64,000 nt of DNA from Amoebidium appalachense (GCA_963693365.1 CAVNZM010000004.1:3524047-3588046); one strand, 5' to 3'. Positions 24,061 to 39,060 are shown, counted from the stretch's first letter. A program made the numbers and translations. Notes: generated from the letters alone by a model not told the origin.

Positions 24061-24665
24061 GCAGAGCCCATCCTTAAAAGGAAGAAAATGGGAGGCGGGT
24101 ACTGGGGGGGGGGGGGGGGGGGGGGATATAGAGTGCAAAACACACTACCGTACTCAAGACTCGCATGCAAAGGCCATACTGTCATACAGCAAGCAAGATC
24201 AGCCCGTGACACGTGAAGTATGCAACATCAGCAGAACATGATCCTCAGGCCTGGGGGGACTCGGGGTGTGGGGGGGTGGGAGAAGGAGGGAAGGAGGAGG
24301 AGGGGGGGGGAAGGGTAAATACCATGTCTGTGCCAGGGTGGTGGGGCTACAACGGTTAGGTGGGTGGAGGGAGGGAGGGAAGGGCTAGGGGGGGGGGGGG
24401 GGGGAGGGCACCTCCATACCCTCCTCCCCCGCTCTTTACCCTCCCATATCCTTGAGGGGAAAGGGGATGGAAAAGTTACTTGATTCTAACCGTCAGAGTC
24501 CTTGCATTCACAAACACGAGCCAGCCCACCTCTTGCCCTGCACGCTACTTAAAGTGCCATACGACCCCGTCCTTGCCTCACCTCACCTCACCCCCCCCCC
24601 CCCCCCCCCCCCCCCCAAAACCCCCCCAAAAAAACAAAAAAAAAAACGCGCTACACACACGCGCG

Positions 24666-24732
<67 letters not shown>

Positions 24733-25084
24733 ACGCACAAGCACACACACACATGCTCCCGCTTCCCAGTTCCCGGGCCAACACCCGAACAACACTTGTA
24801 ACCGGTCACCATAAATGACGACCTCACTTCTCCTCTTGCCACTTCATATAGCAATACTAGCATCACTGAGTAAATATGCCTGTGGCAATCTTGCCATTCG
24901 GTCAAAGTCTTCAGCTTATCTCCCTATGCCTAACAGGTCTTTGGACTAAAAAGTGCTAACCCAGGGTAATTATGACATGTCTGTTGGTTTATAGATCTCG
25001 CTAGCCCTGCCCGTGGGCAAGTACTTTTCATGGCTTGGACATCTATTTGCGATCTTACGTGACTCTTTTGCTTTCGTCTCAAGT

Positions 25085-25801
25085 TTACTCCCAACCCCAC
25101 AGCGTTAGCAGCGCAAACCACACAAACAACGCCCCGGCCACCCCAGTTAAAGCACGTGCAGATATATACTTCGCTATCTGTTCGCCAGCCACCACCGCAA
25201 AACCAGTGCACAGAGTATGCCCTATCAACCCTCCAACTAAAACGTCCCATCCAGCCGCCCTTGCTGCTAGGGGAATGGTTGTTGCCTGGGATCTGTCTCC
25301 CCATTCGGCGTAAAGAGTCAGAAAAAAAGCTTGGTTCAACACAACACCTGGAGCTGCTGAAGATCCTTTCCCCTTTCTGGAAAGTTTCGTTCTGGATTCT
25401 GCATCTTTTCCATCCCCTGGCCGTAACAACTTGTCGATGTCTTCCTTGGCCTCGTCCAGTTCTTCCTCTGCTTCATCATCATCCATTCGTTTGGCCGATC
25501 GAAACATGTCCAAACCCACGGCCAAAAACAACAACGCGCATATGTAAGTTGCTGCCTTATCAAGAGAATCCTCCGTTCCACCAAGTGTGTTGACGCAAAA
25601 ATCCCTGACCCAAATTCCCAAGAAAGACCTCCCTCCTCGTCCAAGCAGAACTGAGGTGGTGTGCATGAGCGTGTTGGCTCCCATTGCACCTGCAAAAACG
25701 AGAAGGGGAGGGTAGCGTGCGCTCAACACGGCCGCGATAAAAAACGTTTTGTCGCCTATCTCAGAGCAGGATATTACTCCTGCTGTATACACGAGATCCA
25801 T
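25085..25801 (-). CDS. GDT1: GDT1/TMEM165 (UPF0016) Ca2+/Mn2+:H+ antiporter, intronless
   Basis: 238-aa ORF with both family motifs (SEIGDKT and AEWGDRSQ), two hydrophobic halves, a central acidic loop, and GHTLCTGFAVVAG. Confidence 0.93.
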   Translation of the reverse strand: MDLVYTAGVISCSEIGDKTFFIAAVLSARYPPLLVFAGAMGANTLMHTTSVLLGRGGRSFLGIWVRDFCVNTLGGTEDSLDKAATYICALLFLAVGLDMFRSAKRMDDDEAEEELDEAKEDIDKLLRPGDGKDAESRTKLSRKGKGSSAAPGVVLNQAFFLTLYAEWGDRSQATTIPLAARAAGWDVLVGGLIGHTLCTGFAVVAGEQIAKYISARALTGVAGALFVWFALLTLWGWE

Positions 25802-26829
25802 GTTAACGAAGATTGGAAGAAAATGACAGAAGCAGGTTTTAGTGTTCTGTCACGCGCAAATACTTTCCAAATTGGTACCGGTGGCAAGCAGCTCGAGGAG
25901 CTCTGTGGGCTCCGACTTGCAGAAGTCTGTCACGTGACCACTGCCGGTGCTGGCTAAGCCAATCAACCGTAAATGCTGAAAATAGATTGTTTGGAAACCT
26001 CGGGAGTCCGGGGAGACTCCGTAGACGGGCCGCGGCCGGCGGCAAAACCGTTGTCTGTACGACTCGGGCCGCCGGCGTCGTCGTCGGTCACGTTCACCGT
26101 GACGACGGTGGTGTCAGCAGTGACTCCTCGGAAGTCAAGCCTAATACTGGCTTACTGGGCGAGCTTTCGAAATTGGTGAAATACACGTATGACTCTTTCT
26201 TTGCTTTTCACGGTTTTGGCTTTAGCCTAAGGCACCGTCAGCGCAATTGATACGGGACGTAATGTTTTGAACCCGAGACGCGCCGCTTGGAGATCTTAAC
26301 GGTGTTTGCATCTTCTCTCTGAGATATGAAATGCAGGGGTGGCACGTCTGGGTGTCACACTCAGTGTTTGCGTGAGGGTAGAAAATGAACCAGATGGAAC
26401 GTATAAAGGATGGGTGTGGGCAATCAAGGATGGGGCCAACTTGAAGCCAACGGAGTACATCAGCGGCTGGTCTTTCCACCGCGAAAACAATCAACTGTCG
26501 GACCAGACAAGTAGCAATTTTCGTAAAGAGTTCGGGGGGGGAAAGAATTGCTTTCAACCTGCCAAGCACACTAGCACACTTATGGCCCACCACCTCCCGG
26601 AAAAGCGGTGTGTCCTACCTGCATGATGAGGTGCCTCCCGGAGAGCACAATCACGGGTTGTGCCGAAGGAAGACTGTTAGGGTAGCAGTACGGTCCACTA
26701 TCAAAGTTTAACGCGGCACGGAAGTTCCCCGGCGCCGCGGAAAGTGAAGACTCCACAGTAACTGGAGAAGGCCCTGGTTTAAGCAAGGTAAAGATGCCCA
26801 ACCCTTCCCCCCTCCCCTTCCGCCCCTCC

Positions 26830-27403
<574 letters not shown>

Positions 27404-27720
27404 GTGGGCCGCTGAGGGGAGAGGGGGGAGGAGAGGGAATATGTACTCTTAGGCATGTTTGATAGCGGAAAATTAGCAACGAAATTGGTATTTAGCAACT
27501 TTAATTTACATGTTTTATAATAGGCTATCCGGGAAGCTGATGCCTTACTGAACTTGTCGGTGACTTGGATAGAGGCGTGAGTCGCATCCCATGGCACATG
27601 ACATATGCGAAACTATATAAAGCTAAAAAATAAGTAGGAATATCACAATCTAAAAAAAAAGTTGTATGGACCAATAGTTTTTCTTTTGACTGGATTTATT
27701 CGACGGAAAGAGATGACCAA

Positions 27721-28790
27721 GGGTTTACACACTTTTTATTGCGTGGACACTGCCGGAGGCCCAGCCACATTCGACGGCCTACTGCGTTTTCCAGCACAGC
27801 CAATTAAATGCAGCCAGTGACATATGTACATGCTAGGCAACAATGAGCGCCATCGTAGTATATGACACCCCTATTACATATTATGGGTAAGCAGAGGCTA
27901 GCATCGGTAGCTCCGAAAGAAAGTTAAGGCACCGGATCACAATATCATACTGTGCAGCATTAATAAGGTGATCTAGGATAGTCATCTTAAAACGGATATA
28001 TTGAGGAAGAGAGGAAGAAAAGAGAATAAAACCGCCAATAACCTCCGGTTCTAATACATTAGCTAACAGGTTGCATTTATTGATAGATATGCAGCCGCGA
28101 GTAAACCGCCCCCCCCACACATATTACACATACGAGCAGGAGACACCAGAAACCGATTACACCGCCAAGCCATAATCATCTTTGCGTTTTTACACCACAC
28201 CACATTACGAATAAACGAATCTATGTATGAACGAGACTCTCTAACCGTATCCGCCATATAGGCTACTAGTAGTTGGTGTTTTTGCGGTCCTAACACCGGA
28301 AGGGACTCAACACGTAGAGTAAAAAGATATCTATCAACCATAGACTTGAAACTATTCATATTCACACTATGATCTAGCCGTACCTCCGGTGGGGTCGCCA
28401 GCCATTCCACATAACGCTCGGCAATGGGCAGAGACGATGGGGAAGGGAAGAGGTAGAGGGGCGAGTCCGGCGGGGATGCGTGTAGCCGCAAGAGCGGGTG
28501 GTCCGGGGCACAAGCGGACAGGCGGGTGATGTGCTCGTGAAATTTAAGGGCTAATTCGTGTACGCGTTGTGATGGTGGTGTGAGTGCGCAGAGAGAATCA
28601 AAAAAGGCGTCTAGGGATAGGTGTGGAAAGACCAGTGAGAAACGTACAACAAGTTGACCAATAGTTTTGGCGCGATCGCACGATTGGCCAGATAGAAATT
28701 TGGGCGGGAAGTTTTGGCCCGCCAACAAAAAAAAATATATTAAAAATGAATTGTCCAAACTTTGAGATCATCGACTCGGCTTCCACAAGG
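27721..28790 (-). mobile_element. Non-LTR retrotransposon (LINE) 3' fragment: post-RT/Cys-rich C-terminus and 3'UTR
   Basis: Intronless ORF 28758-28063 frameshifts in a G-run into 28120-27881, giving ...MAWRCNRFLVSPARMCNMCGG-RFTRGCISINKC...TILDHLIN, like LINE ORF2 C-termini. Its 3'UTR with AATAAA is copied with a TSD at 22779. No RT core is visible. Confidence 0.6.
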
Positions 28791-29221
28791 ATTACTGCAT
28801 GCCTGGCATGGAGAGAGTAAAACAGTATCCTTATAGCCTAGTAATGATTATGTTGTTTATCATAGTACTCAACGTCTAAAAAGTTTGCGAATACGATCAT
28901 CCGAAAATACTGTGCAGGGTAAGTACTACTGCTAGGCCGCCGAAACGTTTCCCAGGAGTAGATTATCAAGACTACGGGAAGGGGAGGGGCCCTGGGATTC
29001 CTTGAGTTTGAACCGGGAAGGGGGCCCCCATCGGGCAGGACTCCGTGGGGGTAGGGGGGAGGGGGTGGGAAGAAGAAGGGGGGGGGGGGGGGGGGGAGGG
29101 GAAGGGGGGGGGGGGGGGAGGGGGGGAGGCGGTCCCACGGTCCGATCCTTGAGGTTTAAACCGAAAAACCGGGGCCCCTGGCAGCTGTGTGTGTGACAGT
29201 GTGTGTGTGTGTGTGTGTGTG

Positions 29222-29254
<33 letters not shown>

Positions 29255-30520
29255 GGAGGAGGCCGGAGGCATGGGGGAACATAGGCACTCATCATGTTGA
29301 ACTCAGAGTTTTGATGGGCAGGTGGGGGACTCCGGGGGGGGGGGGGGGGGGGGGGGGGGGGAGGGGGGGGGGATAAGAGGGGGCCCGGGGCGGATTCCGA
29401 CTATTGCTCATCATTACTATGATATGGGCACCATACTATTGAATATTATGAGCACCGTGAGGACGGCCGGCCCGGGGCCGGGGGCTGTACTCAGACGGCG
29501 TACTATGATAATGATCATCCGGAACGTTAACCGGCCATAGGTTCACCAGCCTAGTGACTCCGTTGAACCCCCCCGCTCCACCCCCTCCCCCACCCACCCA
29601 CCATCACCACCAAAGTGACTGCTGAGTCAGCCGGCACGCAAAATTCACTCCCAACTGTTTCAAGCAGGGAAGCTCCGGTTGATTCTGTGAGTCAGTGCTG
29701 GCCGCCCGTTACAGGCATTTTCAAGGCAGACATTAAGCACACGCCGCCAAGCCAAGCTCACGGTAAGCTCATACTGAATTCAACGTTAACCGTGACACAC
29801 ATTCATGACACACACAACTTGGCACACACATACAAACACACACAGCCGGACCTCGGGACCTGTGCGGAAACTGGCAACACGTGCAATGGTAGAATATGGG
29901 CACACACACATACACAGACGAGGTGCACGTGTACACGTGTACATCTGTGAACGCACGTTTGCTGAGCACCATGACACATGTTGCATGCTTTTCATACGTA
30001 GAGCATCACACCGGCCACTGAAATTGTGAGGGCACAGGGGGAGAAGGTGGGGGGGGTGTGTGTGTAGGGGGGAGGAGGGGAAGGGGGGAAGGGGGGAAGG
30101 GGGGAGGGGGGGTGGGGGGAGCAAAATGGATGTGACAGATTTTTTATAACACTGTGTAGCCTCCCTCCCCACCTCTCTCCTTCCCATTCCATGCCAGCAT
30201 CGTATTGTGGGTGCATGGCCGGCATCTGCAGTGACAAGAACGGTGAAAACGATCGTACGATTACCCCCCCCCCCCCCCCCCCCCCCCTCCCGCCTCTCCC
30301 CCCTCCTCTCCCCTCCCCTCCCCCCCTTCCTCCCTCCTCCCCCCCCTCCTCCCCCTCCCCCCCCCCCCCCCCCCCCCCCCCCGGGCCCCCCACCTCCCAC
30401 TTCTCAATCCCTTTCCGACTTAGAGTTCCTTGCTCTCTTCCCTCCGAGGCTCTCTCCCTCCCTCCCGGACCCTATATCTACTACCATCACTCACTGACTC
30501 TGTATCCCTCCGTCCCTCCC

Positions 30521-30562
<42 letters not shown>

Positions 30563-30649
30563 TCCATCCCCCCAACAAAGGGCCTTCGCTCCGCGTTCTC
30601 TCTAAATCTTTCTTGATCCCTCAAACTCCTCTCTCACTCTCAACACACA

Positions 30650-30680
<31 letters not shown>

Positions 30681-30833
30681 TCCCTCTCCCTCTCCCCCCC
30701 CTCCCCCCCTCCCCCCCCTCCCCCTCCCCCCCCCCCCCCCCCCCCCCCCCTCCCTCTCCCCCACGTGTGCCCCGATACAACCATCAGCATCACTGCGGCC
30801 ACGGTGACCCCATACCTTCATTTCTTACTACAG

Positions 30834-32788
30834 TGCAGTGGAGCCACCGTACCTGCTGCCACGCAAGTTAACACAAGAAGATGCAGAGGCACTCTGATGT
30901 ACAGTTTTTTATCATCAGTTTTGTTTTGTTTGTTTTATGCTACCTATAGCCCCAGGCGGGATGGTAAACCTACATCCGGCTGATTCATGATACTAATTAA
31001 TGTGCTCACACACGTTCCTGCTTATAAGCTTAGTGTACAGTGTCGCAGAAACTCTGGTGAACACATCTCGACTATAGTTATTCTTGGAGAGACTAGACAT
31101 TATATATATCTCTGCCAGCATATCTCCCCAAACTTAAAAACTCACCTGAATTTCCCATGGTTATATCCACAGGCCCTGAATTTCCTTGCGAATACAAAGG
31201 TCCCCGACAACGAAATTCTTGCCACGTCGCCCAATGCTGTTATTGCAGTCACCAACACCCTTTCCAACTTATGCCCAGATGCACTCGCGGGCTCCGTTGG
31301 GTCCCCTGCTCCCCCACCGGCTCCCACACCAACACCCACACCTACACCCGCCCCGGGGAGTCCCCCCCCACTTTCCTCCGCCCCCGTTACACCACAACGT
31401 AACGTTACTTTGAGGGACTGTTATATGATTCCTCCAGGTGTGGTCCTCCCCGCACTCAACCAATCAGCTGTCAACGGCCTTTTGCCCGATCATCCATCTA
31501 CCCCGGTACCCAATGAACAGCTCGTTACAGATTTTAACACAGCGATCATGGGGGTGGATCCCAACCTCGTAAGCCCAACTGAATTTGCGCAAACAGACCC
31601 CCCTGTTGATATTGCCACTATCACGATTCCGGTTGATGGCGGGGTTAACGGAACGATCACTGTTCTTCTTGAGTCTGGATTGGAGGCGAATTTCACTCCG
31701 ATTTTGGACCCCGCCACTGGGTTTTACAACAAGCCGAACGTCAGCGTGAACCCGGCCATCACCGACATGTGCACGGGTCTGGTGAAGAATAGATTCTACC
31801 CCGGCCTGCCGGAGGGATTGGAGGACTTTTTCATCCAATCATATATCGACGATTCGGTAGCAACCAATCAAATGCCTGATTCCACGGGCGTGATTCCACG
31901 GGCGTGAAGGGCGGTATTGTGCGCATGTGCGCCGAATCTGCAATCGAGGATGTACGTCAGAAGTGTGACAACTGTTCACAGACGCAAATGTGCTTGGGGG
32001 GGGGGTGTGTGTGTGGATACAGGGTGTTTGCCGTTGGGCTGCGGAGCGGCGGAGAATCAATGTGTAAACGATCGCTGCGTGTGCTCAAACAAGTACTATG
32101 GGGAGTTCTGCGAATATCCCAAGGCGGACGGTAAGTGGTCTGTGAGGTGGATGTATTTAAATTTATCTTTTAACTTTTTAACATGCGTGTGGATAGAGTG
32201 CTGGTAGCGTTGTGTGTGTGGTCGGTGCATACGAAGATCACTGCCTATTTGTTTTTTGCTCTTTTCTTTTCTTTATCTAATGTGTTATCGCGTGGGCTTG
32301 GGTGTACTGCGGGCTGTTTGAATTTAACTTGGTTGGGTTCCGAAGTTGAATTCCTGAGTTCAAAAAATCCTGAATGCCCACCGTTAAAGCCAAAGATCGG
32401 TGCAAGGAGCTTTCTTAAATCCTCATCTCCCCCCCCCCCCCCCCCCCCCCCCCTCTCCCCCTCCCCCCTCCCCCGCCCCGCCCGGCCCCCTTCCTGCCTG
32501 CCCACCTGCCTGCCTGTCTGCCTGTCTGCCTGCCTGCTTGCATTGCTTGCTTACTTGAGCTCTTCTGTAAAGGATTTCGTAGGTGACAAAAATTATTCAA
32601 CCCACTTAAACTTGTGTTTGTTACAAGTTTTTTTATAAGGTAAGAGAGAAGAAGATCCCATTCAAGGACTTAGCATCCCCCCTCCCATTCATTTTGCTTG
32701 CAAAAGGTGCCAAAACTAAACGAAAAACCATAACTATTGCAGAAAACGCATGTGTGCTGGTTCCAAACCTGTGTCAAAACGGAGGGTA

Positions 32789-32831
<43 letters not shown>

Positions 32832-33661
32832 CCCCCGCCCCCCCACACACACACCAAAAAAAAAAGCCTCCCCCCTCCCCCCCTCCCCTCCCCCCCCCCC
32901 CCCCCCCCCCTCCCCCCCAACAACAACTAAGGCATTCGGCTGCACCTATAACTCACACGATCGAATCGGTGCATGCACGTGCCTTGGGTGAGAAAACTAC
33001 AAAGTTACTTTAGGTTATGTATCCTGCTCTCTCTTTCTCTCCCTCGAGACGCACACCCAACTCTCTGTACATCCACCAGAGTCTCTCCCATCCTTTCCTC
33101 CAACCCCCCCCCCCCCCCCCCCCCTCCCCCCCCCCCCCCCACCACCACCACCACCACCACCACCACCACCCGGGCCCCGCACTCATCCACCCATCTCCCT
33201 CTCTCCCCCCTCACTCACTCACTTACCCCCTCTCCCTCTCTCCCCCCCTCACTCACTCACTTACCCCCTCTCTTCCTCCCTCCCTCCCTCTCTCCCGCAA
33301 AGACTCTCCCGCCCGCCCCTTACAGCCTACCTCGCACATATCTTAATTTTTTGGCACATACTGAACCCCCCCACACAGGCAATGTGTGAACCTCAACTAC
33401 TCCGAGTATCGCTGCGACTGTGTGGCTCCATATACCGGCGCAAACTGCCAGGGTATGCTACTAATGCCATTATGCTATTATGCTTCTTCCATTAATTAAT
33501 ATACCCCTTATCCGCCCAGTCTTTCGTTTTATCTCCCCCCCCCCCCCCCCCCTCCCCCCTCTCTCTTTCTCCCTCCCTCCCTCCCTCCCTCCCTTCCCCC
33601 CCTTCAATCCCCCCTTCTTTCCCTCCCCCCTCCCCATCCCCCCTCTTTTCCCCTTCCCTCT

Positions 33662-33721
<60 letters not shown>

Positions 33722-34602
33722 GAAAGACAGAAACAAAGAAAGAAAAAAGGAAAAGAAAACAATAACGAAGACGACCGCAATTCACATTTCCCTCTACCTA
33801 CTTTCCCATTAATCCAACCTCTTTCTGCCTTGCCGACAGTTCGCGATGCTGCCTGCCTGTCTGCCACACCTAATCACCCAGGATGCAGACTTTCAAATTT
33901 GATCTCGATATTTCTGATCATTATATGAGCAATGGTAGTCATAACCAGACCTTGTCAACTCAACTCTACCACATGATGAGTGTTTATATATGGTGACAAA
34001 CGATGCAATAGACTTCGGTACGGATTTGCACTTATAAATGATATGTACTACACTTAAGTACTGTTAGTTACAGATGGCCCAAATGCAGGGGAACTCTAGG
34101 CATTCCTAGTTTACTCTGGCACACTAGAAAAGCGCTTCTTTCTGTCAGACCTAGAGCACGTTGATCCAATCGAACAAACTCATACGTAGCATATTAAAAT
34201 AAGAAAACACATTATTTGCACACCATTAGCACCGTAACCTGCCCACCCAGACAAAGACGAGTGCACGCTGAAGACACACAACTGCGCCTCCACCGCCACA
34301 GGCACCAACACGGTGGGCAGTTTTACGTGTGCCTGCAAGAGCGGATATGTGGGCTCGGGTACCACTTGCACACCGGTATGCAGTGCGGTGCCGCCTGTGT
34401 GCAAAAACGGCGCCACATGTACGCCAGCAAACACAACCACGGGCTACACATGCACCTGCTCACGAGTACGTAGCTGCCCCCCTCCCCCCCCCCCCCCCCA
34501 AAAAAAAAAAAAAAAAAAAATACTGAGTTACACAATCAGAACAGACACGCACACACACTCACACGTACCTGCTCACGAGTACATACCTCCCCAATCCCTC
34601 CC

Positions 34603-34633
<31 letters not shown>

Positions 34634-34778
34634 ACGCACCTCCCCCCCCCCCCCCCCCCCCCCCTCCCCTCCCCCCCCAACCCCATACACTGGATCACAC
34701 AACCAGGACACCTACACACCCACGCACACACCTCAGTGGCTCACGAGTACGGACGTCCCCTTCCACCCCTCCCTCCCC

Positions 34779-34814
<36 letters not shown>

Positions 34815-34850
34815 TTCCCCCCCAACCCCAGAATTGAGTCACACAATCAG

Positions 34851-34927
<77 letters not shown>

Positions 34928-35453
34928 CACCGCCACACCACTACACAGCTCTTCACAGGGTGGCAGTGTGAAATCTCACTTAATCCAAACTGTGCCATTC
35001 GGGGACAAATCGAGATAAACGACATGTTAGCCGGTGGAAAGGCCCCCATTTCAAGCGTGGGCGTGAAACTTCTAAGACTCGAGGGCTCCTCAAATGTTAC
35101 CATTACGGTCAACAAAACTGACGACATCGGAAACTACTGGTTCACAAACCTGAAACCAGGAACCTTTTATGTCATCATGGTTAAAGCATTGCTTCCAAAA
35201 AGGAGTGCATATCTTGACAAATGGAGCGCAGATCTTGACAAATACCGGCAAAAAAATAAGATCTCGGAAACTACTGGATCCCTCAGGCTGCGCCGTCAAA
35301 CCGCCACCAACACTTCGGAGGAATGGATCGGCCCGTCGGAAACCACCACAACGGTACAGGACGGACAGGTGGCACAGGCAAACTTCGAGGTGACAGCTGC
35401 AGGTGAGTGGTCTTGAAGTAATTGCACACCCCGTCGGGCGCACCCGAGCAATC

Positions 35454-35485
<32 letters not shown>

Positions 35486-35896
35486 TTCCCCGGCGCGGCT
35501 CCTGCCCTACAATTTGTCCTCTTTTGGACCCAAATGCATGTGGGGTTTACGCTGTTTACTCGAGGCAAAGAGAGACCAGTCTCAGGTATGGGGGGTTTTT
35601 GCTCGGAATATCCCCTCAGCGGTATATCATGATCACGTACATAGATGTCGGGTGATGACTATATAGCATGTTCTTTTTTCAAAAACAAAGCTCGGGGGGA
35701 AAGGGCTCGGAGACACATGAGTGCATGCACACCACAAACACACATGCACTTGTGTTGTTCATGCCTGCACATGGGCGTGCACAGCCCCCCTCCCCCCCGC
35801 CCCCCATCTCCCCTCTCCCCTCCCCTCCCTTCCCTGCCCCCAAACACTGGCACTCAAAACCAAATGAACCACACCACCACCACTAACAACTTTAAC

Positions 35897-35933
<37 letters not shown>

Positions 35934-37281
35934 CCCCCACCCCACCCCACCCCCATCCTCCCCTCTTCCCCTCCCCCTCCCCTCCCCCCTCCCCCCCCCC
36001 CCCCCCCCCAATCCAACTCTCCCCCTAGACACGGCAGACCAATTAGTCAACGAATGCACCAACGGGACGCACAACTGCAGTGCAAATGCCCCCTGCACCG
36101 ACATGGCCAATGGCTTCAACTGCTCTTGTAACCAGGGCTACACTGGTGACGGTGTCGTGTGCACATCTGCCACCACCACCACCACCCCTACCACTGCTGG
36201 CGCCGCCACCGCCACTACAACAACAACATCAACAACAGTGGCCCCATCTCCCCCTCCCCCGCCAACAACAACCACCACCACCACCACCACCGCGTCTGCT
36301 ATTCCGCCACCACCCCCTCCCCCGCCAACAACCACCACCACCACTTCTCCTGCCGCCGCCGCCGACACCACCACCACCACCACCACAACAACAGGGGCCC
36401 CACCTCCTCCCCCTCCCCCAACAACAACCACAACCACCACCACCACAACGACTAATGCTGTTGTTCCGCCGCCACCACCACCACCACAAAAACAACAACA
36501 ACAACAACAACTCAAACTGTCACCACCAGCACCACCACACCAGCCAGCGGTGCCGCAGGTGTCACAGCGCAGGGTGGTATCGGCTGCTTCTCCACACAAA
36601 CGCATTTTCTTTTGCAGTTAAAAACATCGGTCCGTCGGGATACGATTCAGCCAAGGCGCGATCGGTTTTCAACGTCACCGACCCTACAAACGGAGGGTAC
36701 TGCTTATGCGTTGCCTCTCCGCGCTATGGGAAGATGTTGTATAACTGTGTGAGCCCGGGGTTGGCAGGGGTTACGGGTTCATATGACCCGGCCACAAAAA
36801 CGCTAAAGATTACGGGAGAGGTGACAAGGTGCATGCCATTGTTGACCGCGCAGGAATGCCGAAGGTATGCAATATGAAAGGGCCTGAAGTGTTGATAAAG
36901 TCACTCAATATTCGTTTGTAATTTGGTTGCTCTAGTCTATGTTTCTTATTTATTTTCAAAGTTGGTTTGTTTAATTGTTTCAAATTGTTTGTACACGGCA
37001 CATCGTTATATGGGCCTCCCGTCCACCCGCAGTCCTACTCTCATATGCATTGCTTTGGTATATATCCTTGTGAAAAGCAGATAAACAACATTGGCTTCAT
37101 TCCCCCTCCCCCCCCCCCCCCCCCCCCCCCCCCTCCCCCCCCCCCCCGCGCGGTCTCCCCTCTCCCCAAAATTACCGCTCCTTCTGAGGAATAATTGATA
37201 ATCTCGCTTGTGCCCATCAATCGACCACTTGCATGTAGTGTTTGGTGTGTATAACACATTCTACGTGTCTCTCCTTCCTCC

Positions 37282-37316
<35 letters not shown>

Positions 37317-37699
37317 CCCCCCCCTCCCCCGGCCCCACGACCACCACTACCACAATAACAACAACAACAACAGCCACCACGCGCGTGCGCGCACACACAC
37401 ACACACGCACATGCACACGCACACACACACCCACAAGCACAAGCACATGTCCTCCCCATCTAACACCCTTTAAATCACAGCTACGTGTCCATGGGCACCT
37501 GCACTGTTGATTCTGAGTATCCGGTGGCTGCGGTGGACGGGGCCCTCAAAGCCGTCGACCCAGCCGGCCCGGGTGGCGGCACGATCACGTGTTTGGGGGA
37601 GACCATTACTTATGCTGGCAATGTGTTCCAAAGCAGAACATTCGAGGTGTGTGAACTTATAGAAATAGTAGTGCATGAACTTCTTCAGCTCAAGTTGCC

Positions 37700-37736
<37 letters not shown>

Positions 37737-37779
37737 CCCCCCATAGAAATAGTAGTGCATGAACTTCTTCAGCTCAAGT

Positions 37780-37821
<42 letters not shown>

Positions 37822-37889
37822 CACACACACACACACACACCCCTGCCCCTCCCCCTCCCCTTCCCCCCCTCCCCTCCCCCCCCCCTCCC

Positions 37890-37920
<31 letters not shown>

Positions 37921-38484
37921 AAAAAAAGAAAAAAGAAAAAAAAAAAGAGAGAGGAAGAGAAAAGAAAAGAAAAGAAATTTTCAATTTGGATTTTATACAT
38001 GATTGCAGAGACACACGGCTGGGTGTGCATGCACACATGGCATAATGTGTATATGCACGCATGGCATAATCTGTATATGCACGCATGGCATAATGTGTAT
38101 ATGCACGCATGGCATAATCTGTATATGCACGCATGGCATAATCTGTATATGCACGCATGGCATAATGTGTATATGCACGCATGGCATAATCTGTATATGC
38201 ACACACACGCATGCATGCTTGCACAAAGCACGTCAGTGAGACCCGCTCAAGCACTGAAGCACACAGACGCACATACAGTAGGACACACATTCACACACGC
38301 GCCCGCATGCATGCCTCTGGCAGGCGTATTCACGCATACGCACACACACACACACGTGCGCACACACACAGACGCAGACAGACAGACAGACAGGCACGCA
38401 CACATCTGGCAGTGGTATTTTGTCAACTTGCCCCCCTTTCTCGTTTTCCCCCGGTGCTCTCGGACTCTCTCTCCGAGACCCTGT

Positions 38485-38557
<73 letters not shown>

Positions 38558-38661
38558 ACCCCACCCCGCACGGATTTCCTGTCCCCTCCATCACAACATA
38601 TAACAGTTGCTGCATTCGTACGTGTCATCCCTTTAACTTTTTAGTAGTAGTAGTAGTAGTA

Positions 38662-38697
<36 letters not shown>

Positions 38698-38976
38698 GGC
38701 TATAGAATGATCGCCAAATATTGTTATAGTAACCCCTCCCCCCCCCCCCCCCCCCCCCCCCCCCTCCCCCCGCCCCTCCTAACTGGATCACCCATTCCCC
38801 TGCTGATCTTTGTGGTTATGACTCACCCCGGTCTTGTACTTGTGACTACGTACAGTGATATCAATATTGATCAGCTCGCCTCCCCTCCCACTGTGTATGC
38901 AAACACACATACACACACAGATACATACACACACACACACACACACGCACACACACACACACACGCACGCACACGC

Positions 38977-39060
<84 letters not shown>

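Noticed and set aside
38035-38202. Regular 24-bp repeat as a CRISPR array or as a HAWHNLYM repeat protein
   Set aside because: No unique spacers and no cas genes; it lies inside a spliceosomal intron and is a simple minisatellite.
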